Below, piece by piece: positions 63,060 to 64,000 of a DNA stretch of 64,000 bases. Below the pieces are notes generated by a model. It saw nothing but the letters and a program-made list of their open reading frames with translations. It made no database searches and was not told where the DNA came from. Made by a program: the position numbers and the translations under genes. The stretch comes from a virus: positions 23,474 to 87,473 of IMG/VR virus record IMGVR_UViG_3300010370_000029; one strand, 5' to 3'. Every line of letters starts with the position of its first letter. The first letter of the stretch is position 1.

Positions 63060-63241
63060 GCACCCACCATCATGAGCAACTCCTCGGCCCCGTACACCTT
63101 GGGCTTGCCGCAGCTCTCGCATTCATACTTGCGGGCATCGGGCTCCACGCCGTACGCCTCATCGCCACACGCGAGGCAGAACCCCATATCCTCCCCAGAC
63201 TCTACGGCGTCGATAATCTGCTGCATGGAAATCTTCGGCAT
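63056..63241 (-). CDS. zinc-ribbon protein
   Basis: GFCLACG.....VEPDA..Y.CESCG...VYG. Confidence 0.7.
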   Translation of the reverse strand: MPKISMQQIIDAVESGEDMGFCLACGDEAYGVEPDARKYECESCGKPKVYGAEELLMMVGA

Positions 63242-63243
63242 TT

Positions 63244-63387
63244 TTACTTTCCCTCCTGTTGGGCGATGAGCCGTTCGAGCACCTTGCCCTTCCACGGGGC
63301 CGGCTCGGGCTTGTGAGTCTCGTGCCACAGCGCGTCCTCTAGGAGCTGCTGGAAAAACTGCTCTGCGGTCATTTCCTTATTGCTCAT
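63244..63387 (-). CDS. hypothetical protein
   Basis: GAGG RBS before MSNKEMTAEQFF. Confidence 0.55.
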   Translation of the reverse strand: MSNKEMTAEQFFQQLLEDALWHETHKPEPAPWKGKVLERLIAQQEGK

Positions 63388-63397
63388 TTTTTTCCTC

Positions 63398-63817
63398 TTA
63401 CTTGGTGAGAGTGTAGGGCTTGTTCCAGCTTCCCACATTGACATCGTAGTAGTACGCGGTGTCAAAGTAGTCCGTCTGAATGTCGGAGCGGTCGTACCAG
63501 TCCGCACCCTTCATCGCGGGGATGATTTCGGAAAGGAAGGCGAGAGCCGTGCCAGTGTAGTGCTCCTGATACCAGTAGGGATTAATGCTCAGCTCGTAAC
63601 GCTTCCGCATCTCGTCCTTATTCAGCTCGACGTTGACGTAGCCGAACATCCGCTGCGTCGAAAGGTCGCCGATGAAATCAATCGGACCAGCGGTCAGCTT
63701 GAGCACGATAGTGGAATGATTACGAACGGACAGCGAACCCTTCATGCCATACTTGGCGAGGATGGGCTTCACCTTCGCGGCGATGGTCTGCTTCTTGGTC
63801 TGATTCATGTAAGCCAC
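63398..63817 (-). CDS. LPD29-like phage protein
   Basis: K.SLSV.....I; D.SD.QTDYFD..YY; AAGGAG RBS. Confidence 0.6.
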   Translation of the reverse strand: MAYMNQTKKQTIAAKVKPILAKYGMKGSLSVRNHSTIVLKLTAGPIDFIGDLSTQRMFGYVNVELNKDEMRKRYELSINPYWYQEHYTGTALAFLSEIIPAMKGADWYDRSDIQTDYFDTAYYYDVNVGSWNKPYTLTK

Positions 63818-63847
63818 TGCGTTGTTCTCCTTTGAGGTTATGGTCTA

Positions 63848-63875
63848 AATATAACCGATTATTGAATAGAATCAA
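63848..63875 (-). promoter_or_regulatory. sigma70-type promoter
   Basis: Minus strand TTGATT-16-TATATT. Confidence 0.5.
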
Positions 63876-64000
63876 GAGCATTTGCGCATTTTCTTCATTT
63901 CGTTACAATTGGACAAGGTTAGGAATAAAAGCTGGACAAGCGGCGGCGGTGATAAAACATCGACATTTCGTATTCGGGGTTTGTTCGGTTTGTCCTATCA

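Noticed and set aside
1-64000. Stop-codon reassignment
   Set aside because: Conserved genes are full length in the standard code, and TAA, TGA and TAG all end genes at expected positions

Overview
64 kb of a large T4-like (jumbo/huge-type) dsDNA phage genome, read in the standard genetic code, with almost all genes on the + strand. 0.3-30 kb is a replication and nucleotide-metabolism module: gp32-like SSB, RecA/UvsX, 5'-3' exonuclease, DnaB/gp41-like helicase, class II RNR with two thioredoxins, dUTPase, family-B polymerase, ATP-dependent ligase, sliding clamp, both clamp-loader subunits, dCMP deaminase and a Cas4/RecB-like nuclease. Inserted into it are an intact Oar-type TonB-dependent receptor, a non-canonical 119-nt tRNA-like RNA, two Mom-family and one DUF4338/DruA-like putative DNA-modifying enzymes, a glycosyltransferase and a DUF262-HNH nuclease. 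30.8-50.8 kb is a ~20 kb glycan-biosynthesis island: about 10 glycosyltransferase-like genes, an aminotransferase, an acetyltransferase, a methyltransferase, a HAD-nucleotidyltransferase fusion and a dTDP-rhamnose-type pathway. It is followed by thyX, a minus-strand collagen-like fibre operon, a split VWA/MoxR pair sharing a 36-bp upstream element, and a repeat-rich end region. Two promoter classes are visible: sigma70-like, and a TATTTAT late-type motif. The best candidate novel systems are (i) the tRNA-like RNA plus Mom-family DNA modification cluster and (ii) a giant-virus-like virion glycosylation system. All family assignments come from recognising motifs by eye; no searches were run.
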